Part shown: piece after piece, positions 41,101-49,051 of the stretch
Position numbering within the stretch: position 1 is the stretch's first letter
How the letters are laid out: each line of letters opens with the position of its first letter
Source of the DNA: an uncultured delta proteobacterium
GTDB lineage: Bacteria; Myxococcota_A; Polyangia; Polyangiales; Polyangiaceae
Length of the DNA: 64,000 bases
NCBI GenBank assembly: GCA_963696385.1
Contig: CAVOKF010000005.1
Location: forward strand, 512,001-576,000
Direction of reading: 5' to 3'
Notes under the pieces: model-generated
What the model saw: the letters and a program-made list of their open reading frames with translations, nothing else
Database searches by the model: none
Told to the model about the DNA's origin: nothing
Made by a program: the position numbers and the translations under genes

Positions 41101-41298
41101 GGCGCCTCGGCTCGGCAGATGCTCGGCACGGCCGTCGTCTCGGGGATGCTCGCGGCGACGCTGCTTGGCATCTTCTTGATTCCAGCCCTCTTCGTAACGA
41201 TCGAACGCCTTACGGCGCGAGAGCGCCGGCCGGGGTCCGTGGACGCGGAGGTCTCGATCGCCGGCGGTTCTCACGCGGCACCCGCCCGTGCCGAGTGA
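38122..41298 (+). CDS. HAE1-family RND efflux permease (AcrB-like)
   Basis: FFVRRPIVA, LPIAQFP, LAIGLVVDDAIVVVE, AKNAILIVEFA, RLRPILMTS. Confidence 0.96.
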   Translation: MVSAFFVRRPIVAMVIAILTVLLGIVSLLGLPIAQFPQILPPQVNLTTTYTGADALTIEQSVATPIEQQMNGVDRMLYIQSTNANDGSMNQTVTFDVGTDIDVDNVLVNNRYSQAQPFLPQDVKNFGVTIKKSLAFPLMVISLFSPDGRYDPAFLANYALINVNDALLRVKGVGDIRNLGSSDYSMRIWLKPDLCARLGLTVTDVQNALRAQNVVNPAGQVGAEPAPAGQQLTYTVRAQGRLIEAEEFANVVVRENPDGSAVRIKDIARTELGSLNYQQYGTFNGKPAAVVAAFQSPGSNALQVADDIKKTMAELATRFPPGVDYKVSLDTTAPVKAGIREIVETLFEAIALVVIVVFVFLQSWRATLIPLLTVPVSLVGAFAVFPLLGFSVNTLSLFGLVLAIGLVVDDAIVVVEAVEHHIEEGMTPPDATLRAMSEVQGPVVAIALILAAVFIPVAFLSGVTGRLYQQFALTIAVSVLISAFNALTLSPALSAMLLRPRGEPKTAFGKLGAGFNRWFVRATDGYVSVNRLLLRKLAIPLLLLAAVAAISVVLGRKIPAGFVPDEDQGYVVLGVQLPDGASLQRTMAVYRQIDDILGHEPGIRTYNGVAGFSFFTRTAASYTGTGFASFKPWDERRSADLTSDAILRRINAAFARIPEGRVFAVGPPAIPGISAAGGFSMMLQDRSGGSYDFLARNVQRFVAEARKRPELAGVRPNFSPAVPQMFADVDKDKALTEGVAVSEIYNALQTFLGGSYVNDFTRFGRQWRVFVQAEPSYRTSAEDIDQFYVRNGRGEMVPLSSFVHVRMTTGPEYTVRFNLYRAVEIMGGPAPGYSSGQALDALEDVAAKTLPPEMGFAWNGLSYQEKVSAGSSTRVLGLSLVFVFLILAALYESWSLPFSVLLSTPVAVLGAYLGLLSRHFDNNIYAQIGLVMLVGLTAKNAILIVEFAKDRRDQGRSIVQAALEGAKLRLRPILMTSFAFIFGCVPLWVAKGAGASARQMLGTAVVSGMLAATLLGIFLIPALFVTIERLTARERRPGSVDAEVSIAGGSHAAPARAE

Positions 41299-41350
41299 GG
41301 TCGCGACCCTCCTCCCGCCGCGTCGGGCGCCTCCGACGAGACGGCCGCGT

Positions 41351-41677
41351 TCACCGGACGCCAGCGATGGCGTCGGCTCGCGCAGCGAGCGAGTGGGCCG
41401 AGGCCGTTTCACCCAGGGCTCGTCGCGCATCCGCTTCGAGATGCAAGAGTTCGGCATAGCCCTTGGCCTTGTCCCGACCGAGCACGGCGACGACACTCGC
41501 GGCATCGAGCCGATCGAGCGATCGAGCGAGCGGGCCGGCGAGATCGGCTTGCGCTTCCATCGTCAAGGCGAGCGCCTCGCTCGGTCGTCCGCCGGCGAGG
41601 TGGGTGGCGATCGCGGCCAAGAACTCGTTGAGTTTCTCGATCTGGCGCAGCACATAGTCTTTCTCGAAGAGCCCCAT
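41351..41677 (-). CDS. Small helical hypothetical protein (DUF6483-like)
   Basis: MGLFEKDYVLRQIEKL N-terminus; GAAGG upstream. Confidence 0.65.
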   Translation of the reverse strand: MGLFEKDYVLRQIEKLNEFLAAIATHLAGGRPSEALALTMEAQADLAGPLARSLDRLDAASVVAVLGRDKAKGYAELLHLEADARRALGETASAHSLAARADAIAGVR

Positions 41678-41888
41678 ACCTTCCGCGTACGTTAGTGCAC
41701 CGCGCTCGAGGTAGCGACAAGCATCGGGCGGTGCGCGAGCGAATGCGCCGCAGCGAATTCGCGGTTTGGGCGGAGCACCGCCGATTGCGAGCAAAACCAT
41801 CGCGTAGGGACGGTTTTGAGGGGACGTCGACGGCGGTGTACGAGTGCCTCGCTCGAGGCCGAGCCATCTCGCGCCACCCCATCGTCTC

Positions 41889-41917
41889 TTGACGATGTGT
41901 AGGGTCGGCGCTAGCAA
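41889..41917 (+). promoter_or_regulatory. Sigma70-like promoter
   Basis: TTGACG-N17-TAGCAA, ending 6 nt before ATG 41924. Confidence 0.45.
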
Positions 41918-41923
41918 CGATTC

Positions 41924-42079
41924 ATGACTCGCACGTCATTCGGGCAATCCGTATTCATCCGTTCTCTGCGTCGGACGCGGCTCGTCCTTGCGACGACGGG
42001 TGTTCGGCCGACTGCGGACGGAATCGGCAAGTGCGCGCGCGTCATCTGGGGCTCCGAGCCCTCCTCCCCTAGGCGGTAG
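41924..42079 (+). CDS. Putative 51-aa leader peptide (uORF)
   Basis: MTRTSFGQSVFIRSLRR...IWGSEPSSPRR; lies between the promoter and a terminator; below the ORF-track size. Confidence 0.4.
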   Translation: MTRTSFGQSVFIRSLRRTRLVLATTGVRPTADGIGKCARVIWGSEPSSPRR

Positions 42080-42100
42080 CCTCGCGCGATAGCGCACGAC

Positions 42101-42143
42101 AAGGCCGCCCGGGGAACCGCCCGAGGCGGCCTTCGCCGTTTTT
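42101..42143 (+). terminator. Intrinsic terminator-like hairpin upstream of the VOC gene
   Basis: AAGGCCGCCCGGG...CCCGAGGCGGCCTT followed by CGCCGTTTTTG. Confidence 0.7.
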
Positions 42144-42245
42144 GTCTCTTCAATCCGGATGAGGGTCTGTCGCGTCTTCGGTTGGCGCGTTTCGATGCGG
42201 GTTGCGCGCGCTTGGGGTTCCGGCGCGCGGAAGGAACTGTGGGTC

Positions 42246-42674
42246 ATGTCGAGCAAATTGCAGATCCTCGTGGAAGCCGACGACACGGACCGATCGACCG
42301 CGTTTTACGAGGCTCTCCTCGGCGTGCCGCCTGGCCAGAGGAGCGAGACGACGGCTGTCTTCGATCTGGATTCGCCTCCGCTCGTTCTCACCGTCCAGCA
42401 GCGCCGGCAGAGGGGCGTTGCGTCGGACCGGCGGCGGATGGTCCGGGCGCACGTCCCCGGGGGCCGACACGGCTCGGAACCCGCCAAGGGCTTTCGGTAC
42501 ACCCTCGTCGTCAACGAGCCGCGGCACGTCGGCGACGCAGCCATCGCCCTCCGGCGAGCGGGCGTGCGCCTGCGGCTGGAGGACCAAGGGATCGAAGCCC
42601 GGGACCCGGACGACAACTCGTGGCGAGTTCGCTTCGTGGCGACTGCCGCCGGCCGTGCGGTGACCGCGACCTGA
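42246..42674 (+). CDS. VOC/glyoxalase-superfamily protein (ArsI/CadI-like N-terminus)
   Basis: AAGGA RBS; DD.DRS.AFYEALLG..P, F.LDSPPL.L, RDPDDNSW. Confidence 0.7.
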   Translation: MSSKLQILVEADDTDRSTAFYEALLGVPPGQRSETTAVFDLDSPPLVLTVQQRRQRGVASDRRRMVRAHVPGGRHGSEPAKGFRYTLVVNEPRHVGDAAIALRRAGVRLRLEDQGIEARDPDDNSWRVRFVATAAGRAVTAT

Positions 42675-42811
42675 GAAGCGGATGGGCGCCGGACTCGCCG
42701 GACGCCGGACGCCGGGCGGCGACGTCTCGGATCGACCCGGCGAAACGTGCAGCAATGGTGACCGGCGACGTCGGTCGCCGCTACTCTACGGTCTGCGCGA
42801 AGGAGACCACG

Positions 42812-42910
42812 ATGGCCAAGGGAATCGAAAAGGGAAAGAAGAACAACAAGCCGAAGGTGTCGATCAAAGAGAGGCAAAAAAAGAAGAAGGAAAAGACCGC
42901 GTCGAAGTGA
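42812..42910 (+). CDS. 32-aa lysine-rich small protein
   Basis: AAGGAG 6 nt before ATG; MAKGIEKGKKNNKPKVSIKERQKKKKEKTASK. Confidence 0.7.
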   Translation: MAKGIEKGKKNNKPKVSIKERQKKKKEKTASK

Positions 42911-43071
42911 CGACGGGCGGCGGAGGGCGAAGCACCCGACGAGGGCGGGTAGCCGGGCCGGTCCGGACCCGTTCCCGCGCGCGCCGATGCTTTGCCCCAC
43001 ATCGACTCGCGCGCGGGGTCGACGATCATCGTCGGGACGGCCCTCCGGACCGGCAAGCCGGCGACTCCGCG

Positions 43072-43953
43072 TCAACGTCCGGAACTATGCGGTTCGAAGT
43101 CGGCGGGATCCGCTTCGAACCATCCGATTTCGGCGGCCGTAGCCGGCCCTACGGCCAGCTCATCGAGGGTCTCAGGCGGCCGTTCTTCGGTCGCCGAGAG
43201 CGGCACGTTGCGCGCCATCACCTCCGCGAACCGCTGCGGGAACCTCGGAAGCCGATCGGGCTCCGCCAACCCTCGGGGGACGAGAGTCCGTCCGGCCTCG
43301 TCGTATTTGTCGCTTGCGCCGAGCGTATGCAAAAGCTCATGCGCGACGACGAACAGCGCAAAGTCGGCCATCGATCTATCGAGCTCCACGGAGACGGTGC
43401 CGCGGCGCCCGCCTTCTTCGCTCTCGCCCTCGACCATTTCGTGCTCCGCGCGGGCGGGAGGGCGCGCCACGACATAGATGCACGAGTCGTACGGTCCGGG
43501 ATCGAAGCCCGCTTCGCGGTCGACCTGCGAAGTCCAACGCCATAGTTGAAAGCTCTGCCGCGCGGCCGTCATCCAACCGTCGTCGGCCGCTCGCGGTGGG
43601 TCTTCGGTGGCGGCCGCGGGGCCGATGAACGTCAGCGCGAACGGGTGCAGCCAGTCTGGGCGGTACAGGTGGGACTCATCGGCCAAACGCGACTCGAGCG
43701 CCGGGATCCGATCTCGAAACGCGACGACCGCACCATCGCCGATCGGTGCGCGCTGCACGAGCACAATCGCGACCGACAGCGGCCGTTGCCAGCGGTTGCG
43801 CTCCCGGCGGCTGTGCACGTCGCGCCACGCCCAGATCAAGGCACCCGCGAGGATCGCGAGCAAGATGGATACGCGCACACGAAAGAAGAAGAGCCGGGAG
43901 CGCTCCGAGGCCGGCGACGGCGACGGATGGGCGGACCCACGATCCGGCCTCAC
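43072..43953 (-). CDS. Membrane-anchored zincin-like protein (HExxH)
   Basis: TM helix; VVAHELLHTLGASDKY, AEVMA; GTGA overlap at 43950-43953. Confidence 0.7.
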   Translation of the reverse strand: MRPDRGSAHPSPSPASERSRLFFFRVRVSILLAILAGALIWAWRDVHSRRERNRWQRPLSVAIVLVQRAPIGDGAVVAFRDRIPALESRLADESHLYRPDWLHPFALTFIGPAAATEDPPRAADDGWMTAARQSFQLWRWTSQVDREAGFDPGPYDSCIYVVARPPARAEHEMVEGESEEGGRRGTVSVELDRSMADFALFVVAHELLHTLGASDKYDEAGRTLVPRGLAEPDRLPRFPQRFAEVMARNVPLSATEERPPETLDELAVGPATAAEIGWFEADPADFEPHSSGR

Positions 43954-44222
43954 GACCCCTCGCGCTCCGGAAGAACGGCCGCTCGGTCGCGCAGAATCTC
44001 CCCGGTGAACCACGATCGCAGATACGGGCCCCTCGGGACGGTGGCAATGACCTCTCCGTCGCTTCTGGGCGCCAGCGCCATCAGAACTCCGAGGCGCTGC
44101 GCGAGCGCGTCGACAATGAATACGGCAAGGTCCTCGGCGCGGCGCATCAGCTCGGCTTCGTCCTCGGGCGGGAGCAGTCGCCGGGGGCCGCTGGGTGCGT
44201 CGGGACGTCCGTCGGGGACCAC
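43950..44222 (-). CDS. Hypothetical protein
   Basis: Protein-like composition; stop coupled to the next GTG. Confidence 0.4.
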   Translation of the reverse strand: MVPDGRPDAPSGPRRLLPPEDEAELMRRAEDLAVFIVDALAQRLGVLMALAPRSDGEVIATVPRGPYLRSWFTGEILRDRAAVLPEREGS

Positions 44223-44365
44223 GATTCATCCTAGCCGACAGGCGCGCAAGCCTGCAGTGCGCCGATCCGAAAGCGGATCGGATCCTTGGCAGGTGCGGGT
44301 GGACGAGCGCCCCTTCGAGCGAGCATGGTTGCGTCGTGCGTTCGGCGGGTCCTGATCGTCCGGCC

Positions 44366-45691
44366 TTGCGGAGGGGCCTCGCAACCCGCCGCGACGTCCT
44401 GTGCGGAGCCACGGGGGCCCTAACGGGCATCTTCAGCGAATCGTGCATGACGCTGCCGCCGCCCAGCGTGGCGCACGAGACCCTCGCTGGCGGGCTCGAG
44501 GTGCGTGGCACGCGCCTGTACAAGGGTGGAAAACCGTTCTTCGTGAGCGGGATCAACTACTGGGCGGCGACGACGCTCGCGCGCGACGGAGACTCGGCGG
44601 GCTGGGACCGCGTTCGGCGCGATCTCGACGTCTTGCAATCGCTCGGCATCAACGTCGTGCGCACGATGGGCGGTACGGAGGGACCGGATACCGAACCTTT
44701 ACGCATCGTGCCGTCGATCCAACCGCGCGAGGGCCGGTACGAGGAAAGTGGGGTTCACGGCGTACAGCGGTTCGCCGAAGAGATTCGACTTCGCGGTCTA
44801 TTCGCCATCGTGGTCTTGAACAACTTTTGGCCGTGGTCCGGAGGCATGGCTCAGTACCTCGCATGGGCAGGGCAGGGACCGATTCCGTACCCCCCGCCGA
44901 TCGCCGGCGGTACGTGGAGCGGGTATGAAGCCTTCGCGGGTCGCTTCTATCGGATCGACGGCGCTCGGAAGGCGTTTCGATCCTATGTCCGCTTCCTGGT
45001 CCCCCGGCTGAAGGATAACCCTGCCGTCATCTGGGAGCTTGCGAATGAGCCGCGAGGGACGAACGACGTCGGATCGTACCGTCGCTGGGTGGACGAGACC
45101 GCGAGGCTCATCAAATCGCTCGCGCCCGGACAACTCGTGACCACCGGCAGCGAGGGCCAGACGGCGTCTCCCGAGTCCGCTGGCCTGGATGTCATCGAGG
45201 ACCACCGAAGCCCAGCCGTGGACTTCGCGACGTTCCACTTGTGGGCTCAAAATTGGGGGTGGGTGCACCCCGATACGCTCGCCGCCGACTTTCCGGGGGC
45301 CTTGGCCCTCGCTCGCCGGTATGTCGAGGATCACGCCGCGCGGGCGGTCCGACTGGGCAAGCCCATCCTCCTCGAGGAGTTCGGATTTCCCCGCGACGGC
45401 GCTAGCTTCGACCCGGACGGCCCAACGCGGTTGCGCGATCGCTACTTCGAAGAGATCTACTCTCTCGTGTCTTCGCTGCTGCGCGAGACTCCCATAGCCG
45501 GCATCATGCCCTGGGCCTGGGCCGGTGATGCTCGCCCACCGCGCCCGGGCGAGTTTTGGAGACCGGGCGATCCTTTGAGTGGCGATCCGCCGCACGAGCC
45601 GCAGGGGTGGTACGGCGTGTATGCCCGTGACTCCACCGTGGCCGTCATCCGACAAGGGTCGGCTCGGATCGCGTCCTTTGCCCGCACATGA
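44366..45691 (+). CDS. GH5 mannanase/beta-mannosidase, Tat-exported; start uncertain
   Basis: TRRDVL; GINYW, NNFWPWSGGMAQY, WELANEPR (acid/base), LEEFGFPRD (nucleophile), GDPPHEPQGWY. Confidence 0.88.
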   Translation: MRRGLATRRDVLCGATGALTGIFSESCMTLPPPSVAHETLAGGLEVRGTRLYKGGKPFFVSGINYWAATTLARDGDSAGWDRVRRDLDVLQSLGINVVRTMGGTEGPDTEPLRIVPSIQPREGRYEESGVHGVQRFAEEIRLRGLFAIVVLNNFWPWSGGMAQYLAWAGQGPIPYPPPIAGGTWSGYEAFAGRFYRIDGARKAFRSYVRFLVPRLKDNPAVIWELANEPRGTNDVGSYRRWVDETARLIKSLAPGQLVTTGSEGQTASPESAGLDVIEDHRSPAVDFATFHLWAQNWGWVHPDTLAADFPGALALARRYVEDHAARAVRLGKPILLEEFGFPRDGASFDPDGPTRLRDRYFEEIYSLVSSLLRETPIAGIMPWAWAGDARPPRPGEFWRPGDPLSGDPPHEPQGWYGVYARDSTVAVIRQGSARIASFART

Positions 45692-45875
45692 TCGCGCGGG
45701 CGTCGATCGCGGGTGTGCCCGGCGCCACTGTGCCGAATTTCGTGACCGTCGACGCCGCATGCGGCCGACAACGCTGGAATAAGGCAGCCAGCGTGTACCG
45801 ATGTCGTGCGCCGTGCGCGCCGATTTCGATCGATGGCGCCTTTCGCGACGCCTTCCCATTTGCGACCCTTGTCGG

Positions 45876-46526
45876 GTGTCCCAAAAAGCGATCTTCCGCG
45901 CGATCCTGACTGTACCCATCCTGCTGCTTGCCGGCTCCGCCGCAGCGGATTCCGTCGCACCCTGGAAGCCAGATGGCACCTCCGGCGGCCTCTGGGTCGA
46001 AAGTCGCGAGGTGCAGGGCTCGTCGTTCCACGAGATCCGCATCACCGCCGTCAGTTCGATCGGTCTCGTACGCATGTGCGACGCGATTTTCGGAAAGGGT
46101 CGCGAAGTGCAGTCGACCGTGCGGTTCAAGAAACGCGAAGTGTTGCGTGAGACCGCTACCGAGCGTTGGACCTACGAGCAGATCGAGGTCCCGTGGGTGG
46201 CGGATCGCGACTACGTCATGCACACCAAACTCGAGCAGCCCGCGTCGAGCGGCCGATGCGAAGTCTCTTTCGAGACCGAGAACGATTCGTCTCGGCCGCC
46301 TGCGGCGGGGTTCGTACGGATCCCCTGCATTCGCGGTCACTGGTGGGTGGCCCCCACCGCAGACGGCAAACTGTGGCTCCGTTACGAGGTGTACAGCGAG
46401 CCGGGCGGCGGAATTCCCGCGTTCCTCGCGCGAGGCGGTCAGCGCAGCTCCGCGATCGAATTCGTCAAAGCCGCCATCGGGCGCGCCGGTGCACCCGAGA
46501 CGGTGGCCCGGGGGACCGGCCCGTGA
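45876..46526 (+). CDS. Secreted START/SRPBCC-domain protein
   Basis: Signal-like N-terminus; PWVADRDYV, IRGHW, Y..YSEPGGGIPAFL. Confidence 0.75.
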   Translation: MSQKAIFRAILTVPILLLAGSAAADSVAPWKPDGTSGGLWVESREVQGSSFHEIRITAVSSIGLVRMCDAIFGKGREVQSTVRFKKREVLRETATERWTYEQIEVPWVADRDYVMHTKLEQPASSGRCEVSFETENDSSRPPAAGFVRIPCIRGHWWVAPTADGKLWLRYEVYSEPGGGIPAFLARGGQRSSAIEFVKAAIGRAGAPETVARGTGP

Positions 46527-48994
46527 ACGAATCCGCGCTTCGCGAGAGCCTGGGCATTCCAGCCGACGCGCGGCGCGTTCTCCTTTTTTGCGAGAGCAGC
46601 CACTGGGACACCAACTGGCTCAGCACGTCGGAAGAGTATTTCACGCGGCGGCTCGAACCGATATTTGCCCATATCGTCACCGCGCTCGATCGCGATCCCA
46701 AGCGCATCTATTGCATCGAGAGCGTCTTTTTCCTCGAGCTCTACTGGGAGCGGCACCCCGAGCAGCAGGCGCGACTGACCCGCCTCATCGAGCGCCGCCA
46801 ACTGCGCCTGATGTCGTCTTCGCTGACCACTCCGGACACGCTGCTTCCGCATCCCGAGGCCATCCTTCGCGACTACCTTCTGGGCCAGGATTGGTTGCGT
46901 GCGAGCGGCCTGTCGATCATGCCTCGCACCGCGTACTTCCCGGACAACTTCGGACACTCGCCGCATCTGCCGTCCTTGATGCGGGCGGTCGGCGTCGACG
47001 CTGTCGCACTGACTCGAATCGACGGAATGTATTTCATCGCGGCGGACTACCGCAGCAAAACCTCGTTTCCCCTCAAGGGATCGACGGCCGAGCTTCTCCA
47101 AAAGGAGCTACGAACGCTCGACTTCATCTGGCGTGACGACGACGGGGCGGAGGTGCTCTGCCACTGGAACGCCTTCACCTATTTTCAAGGCGACATGTTG
47201 GCGCACGCGGGGATCGTCCGGTGGAACGGCCACTGCGCCGCCGTGCCCTGGCGGACGCGGGGCCACGTCGCCCGGCGAATCGACGGCTTCGCACGGCAGC
47301 TCGAACCGCTCGCCCGCACACCGTATTTCTTGTGCCCCATCGGCATGGACTTCAACGATCCCATCGACGGTTTGCGCGATCTACTCGACCGCTACAACGG
47401 CGAACGGTACCCGCGGACGGGAACGTGGACGGTGCTTGCCGGACTGGACGACTACTTCGAATTGCTAGGATTCCACAGGGAAAAGCTCCCGGTGCTCTCG
47501 ATCGACCCGAATCCCTACTGGATGGGCTTCTACTCGTCTCGGCCCGAGCTGAAACAACGCCCCACGCGAATTGCACGAGCGCTTTTGCTCGCCGAGAGTC
47601 TGTCGGCGCTCGGTCCGCGCGATCCGGTGCTCGAAGCGTCGCTTCGCAGCGGGTGGCAAAGACTGGTTCTCATCAACCATCACGACGCCATCACGGGTAC
47701 GTCGCCGGATCGGGTCTGCCACGACGAGCAGCGGCGCTGGCTTTCCGCGGCCGAGGCTGCGGCGACCGTGGCTTTGTCGCGCGCCTCGGCCGGTGCCTCC
47801 GTGACGACGAGCGAACAAGTGCCTTCGACCCGAGGCGCCGGGCTGCGCCGCGTCCGCTTTTGGCGTGAGGGCCAGGACGTCCACGTCCAAACGGCGAATC
47901 ACCGTCTGACGTTCTCGAAGGAACGGGGCGGGTGCCTGACCAGTCTCGTGATCGACGGCAGCGACCAGCTGCGGGGGCTGGGGTTCGATCTGCTCGCGTT
48001 TGCCGATGAGGGCGGGCTATGGAGAATGGGCCACGAGTACCGGGGCGGTCGGTTCGTGGAAGTCGACCGCGCGAGCCGAAGGCCGGCCCAGATCGAAATC
48101 GACGAAGTCGGCGATGCCGTCACGGTGGCGGTCACGTCCGACCTGCGAGGCGCGCGGTTCCTCCGAACCGTCACGTGCCGAAGCGACGACGCGCTGCTTC
48201 GTCTGCGGGTCGAGGGCGCTGCGCCTCGTCGAATGACTGTGACGTGCCGTTGGGCCATCGCCGGATGTCCGACGTCGATCGAAATGGACACGATAGGCGG
48301 CACGATCGATCGCCCGTTCGAGCGCGTCCATCAGCCGACGTTCTGGCCGGTGCCGTCGAGTGTCTCGCTGCGCCGACCGACGGGCGCCATTCACGTCGGC
48401 TTCGAAGCGCCGACGGCCGTTTCCTTGAGTCCCGACCACGCACTCGAGTGGATTGTCGCGCGCAACGCCCCCAAGGAGCGCGCCTTCGGGTGGCTACCGG
48501 TTCTGGCGCATCCCATCGGGGGAACGGTCGACGAGCAACAGACGCATCAGGCCGCGCTGTTTGTCACGACCGAGCCGTGCATTTCGCCCGCGATGCGGCT
48601 TCGACTCGATTTGGCGTGGCTGCCCGCGGCCCTCCGCCCGCTCAAGCACCTGGCCGGATCGCTCGTGCTCTGCGACGATCCGGCCGTCGCGTTCGTGGCC
48701 CTCAAGCGCGCCGACGTGGGCCCCGGGGTGATCGTGCGACTCGTCTGCAACGGCGCTTCGGAGCGATCGGTTCGGGTATGGCTGAGGTCGCGCGAGATCG
48801 CCTCGGCGTCGCGCTGCGACGCGCTCGAGCGAGACCTCGAGCCGATTGAGGTCATCGGGGGTCGTGCGGTTGTCCCCATGGCCTGCCGGCTCGTCACGGT
48901 GCGCCTGGTGCTTCGAGACTGCTCATCGATGAACTCGTCGCCGTGGCTCGCAACTCCCGAGTCCTCCGCGGTCGATGCTCCCGCGTGCGGGTAG
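46523..48994 (+). CDS. GH38 alpha-mannosidase-like glycoside hydrolase
   Basis: SHWDTNW, DNFGHS, HHDAITGTS, ALKRAD...IVRL; GTGA overlap with START gene. Confidence 0.85.
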   Translation: MNESALRESLGIPADARRVLLFCESSHWDTNWLSTSEEYFTRRLEPIFAHIVTALDRDPKRIYCIESVFFLELYWERHPEQQARLTRLIERRQLRLMSSSLTTPDTLLPHPEAILRDYLLGQDWLRASGLSIMPRTAYFPDNFGHSPHLPSLMRAVGVDAVALTRIDGMYFIAADYRSKTSFPLKGSTAELLQKELRTLDFIWRDDDGAEVLCHWNAFTYFQGDMLAHAGIVRWNGHCAAVPWRTRGHVARRIDGFARQLEPLARTPYFLCPIGMDFNDPIDGLRDLLDRYNGERYPRTGTWTVLAGLDDYFELLGFHREKLPVLSIDPNPYWMGFYSSRPELKQRPTRIARALLLAESLSALGPRDPVLEASLRSGWQRLVLINHHDAITGTSPDRVCHDEQRRWLSAAEAAATVALSRASAGASVTTSEQVPSTRGAGLRRVRFWREGQDVHVQTANHRLTFSKERGGCLTSLVIDGSDQLRGLGFDLLAFADEGGLWRMGHEYRGGRFVEVDRASRRPAQIEIDEVGDAVTVAVTSDLRGARFLRTVTCRSDDALLRLRVEGAAPRRMTVTCRWAIAGCPTSIEMDTIGGTIDRPFERVHQPTFWPVPSSVSLRRPTGAIHVGFEAPTAVSLSPDHALEWIVARNAPKERAFGWLPVLAHPIGGTVDEQQTHQAALFVTTEPCISPAMRLRLDLAWLPAALRPLKHLAGSLVLCDDPAVAFVALKRADVGPGVIVRLVCNGASERSVRVWLRSREIASASRCDALERDLEPIEVIGGRAVVPMACRLVTVRLVLRDCSSMNSSPWLATPESSAVDAPACG

Positions 48995-49051
48995 TCCGAG
49001 AATCGCTAGCGAACGTACGTGATGATTCATATTAACCTCCACGCTACCGAT

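Noticed and set aside
42688..42716. GCCGGAC short tandem repeat after the VOC gene
   Set aside because: Three to four short imperfect copies, within chance expectation at this GC content.
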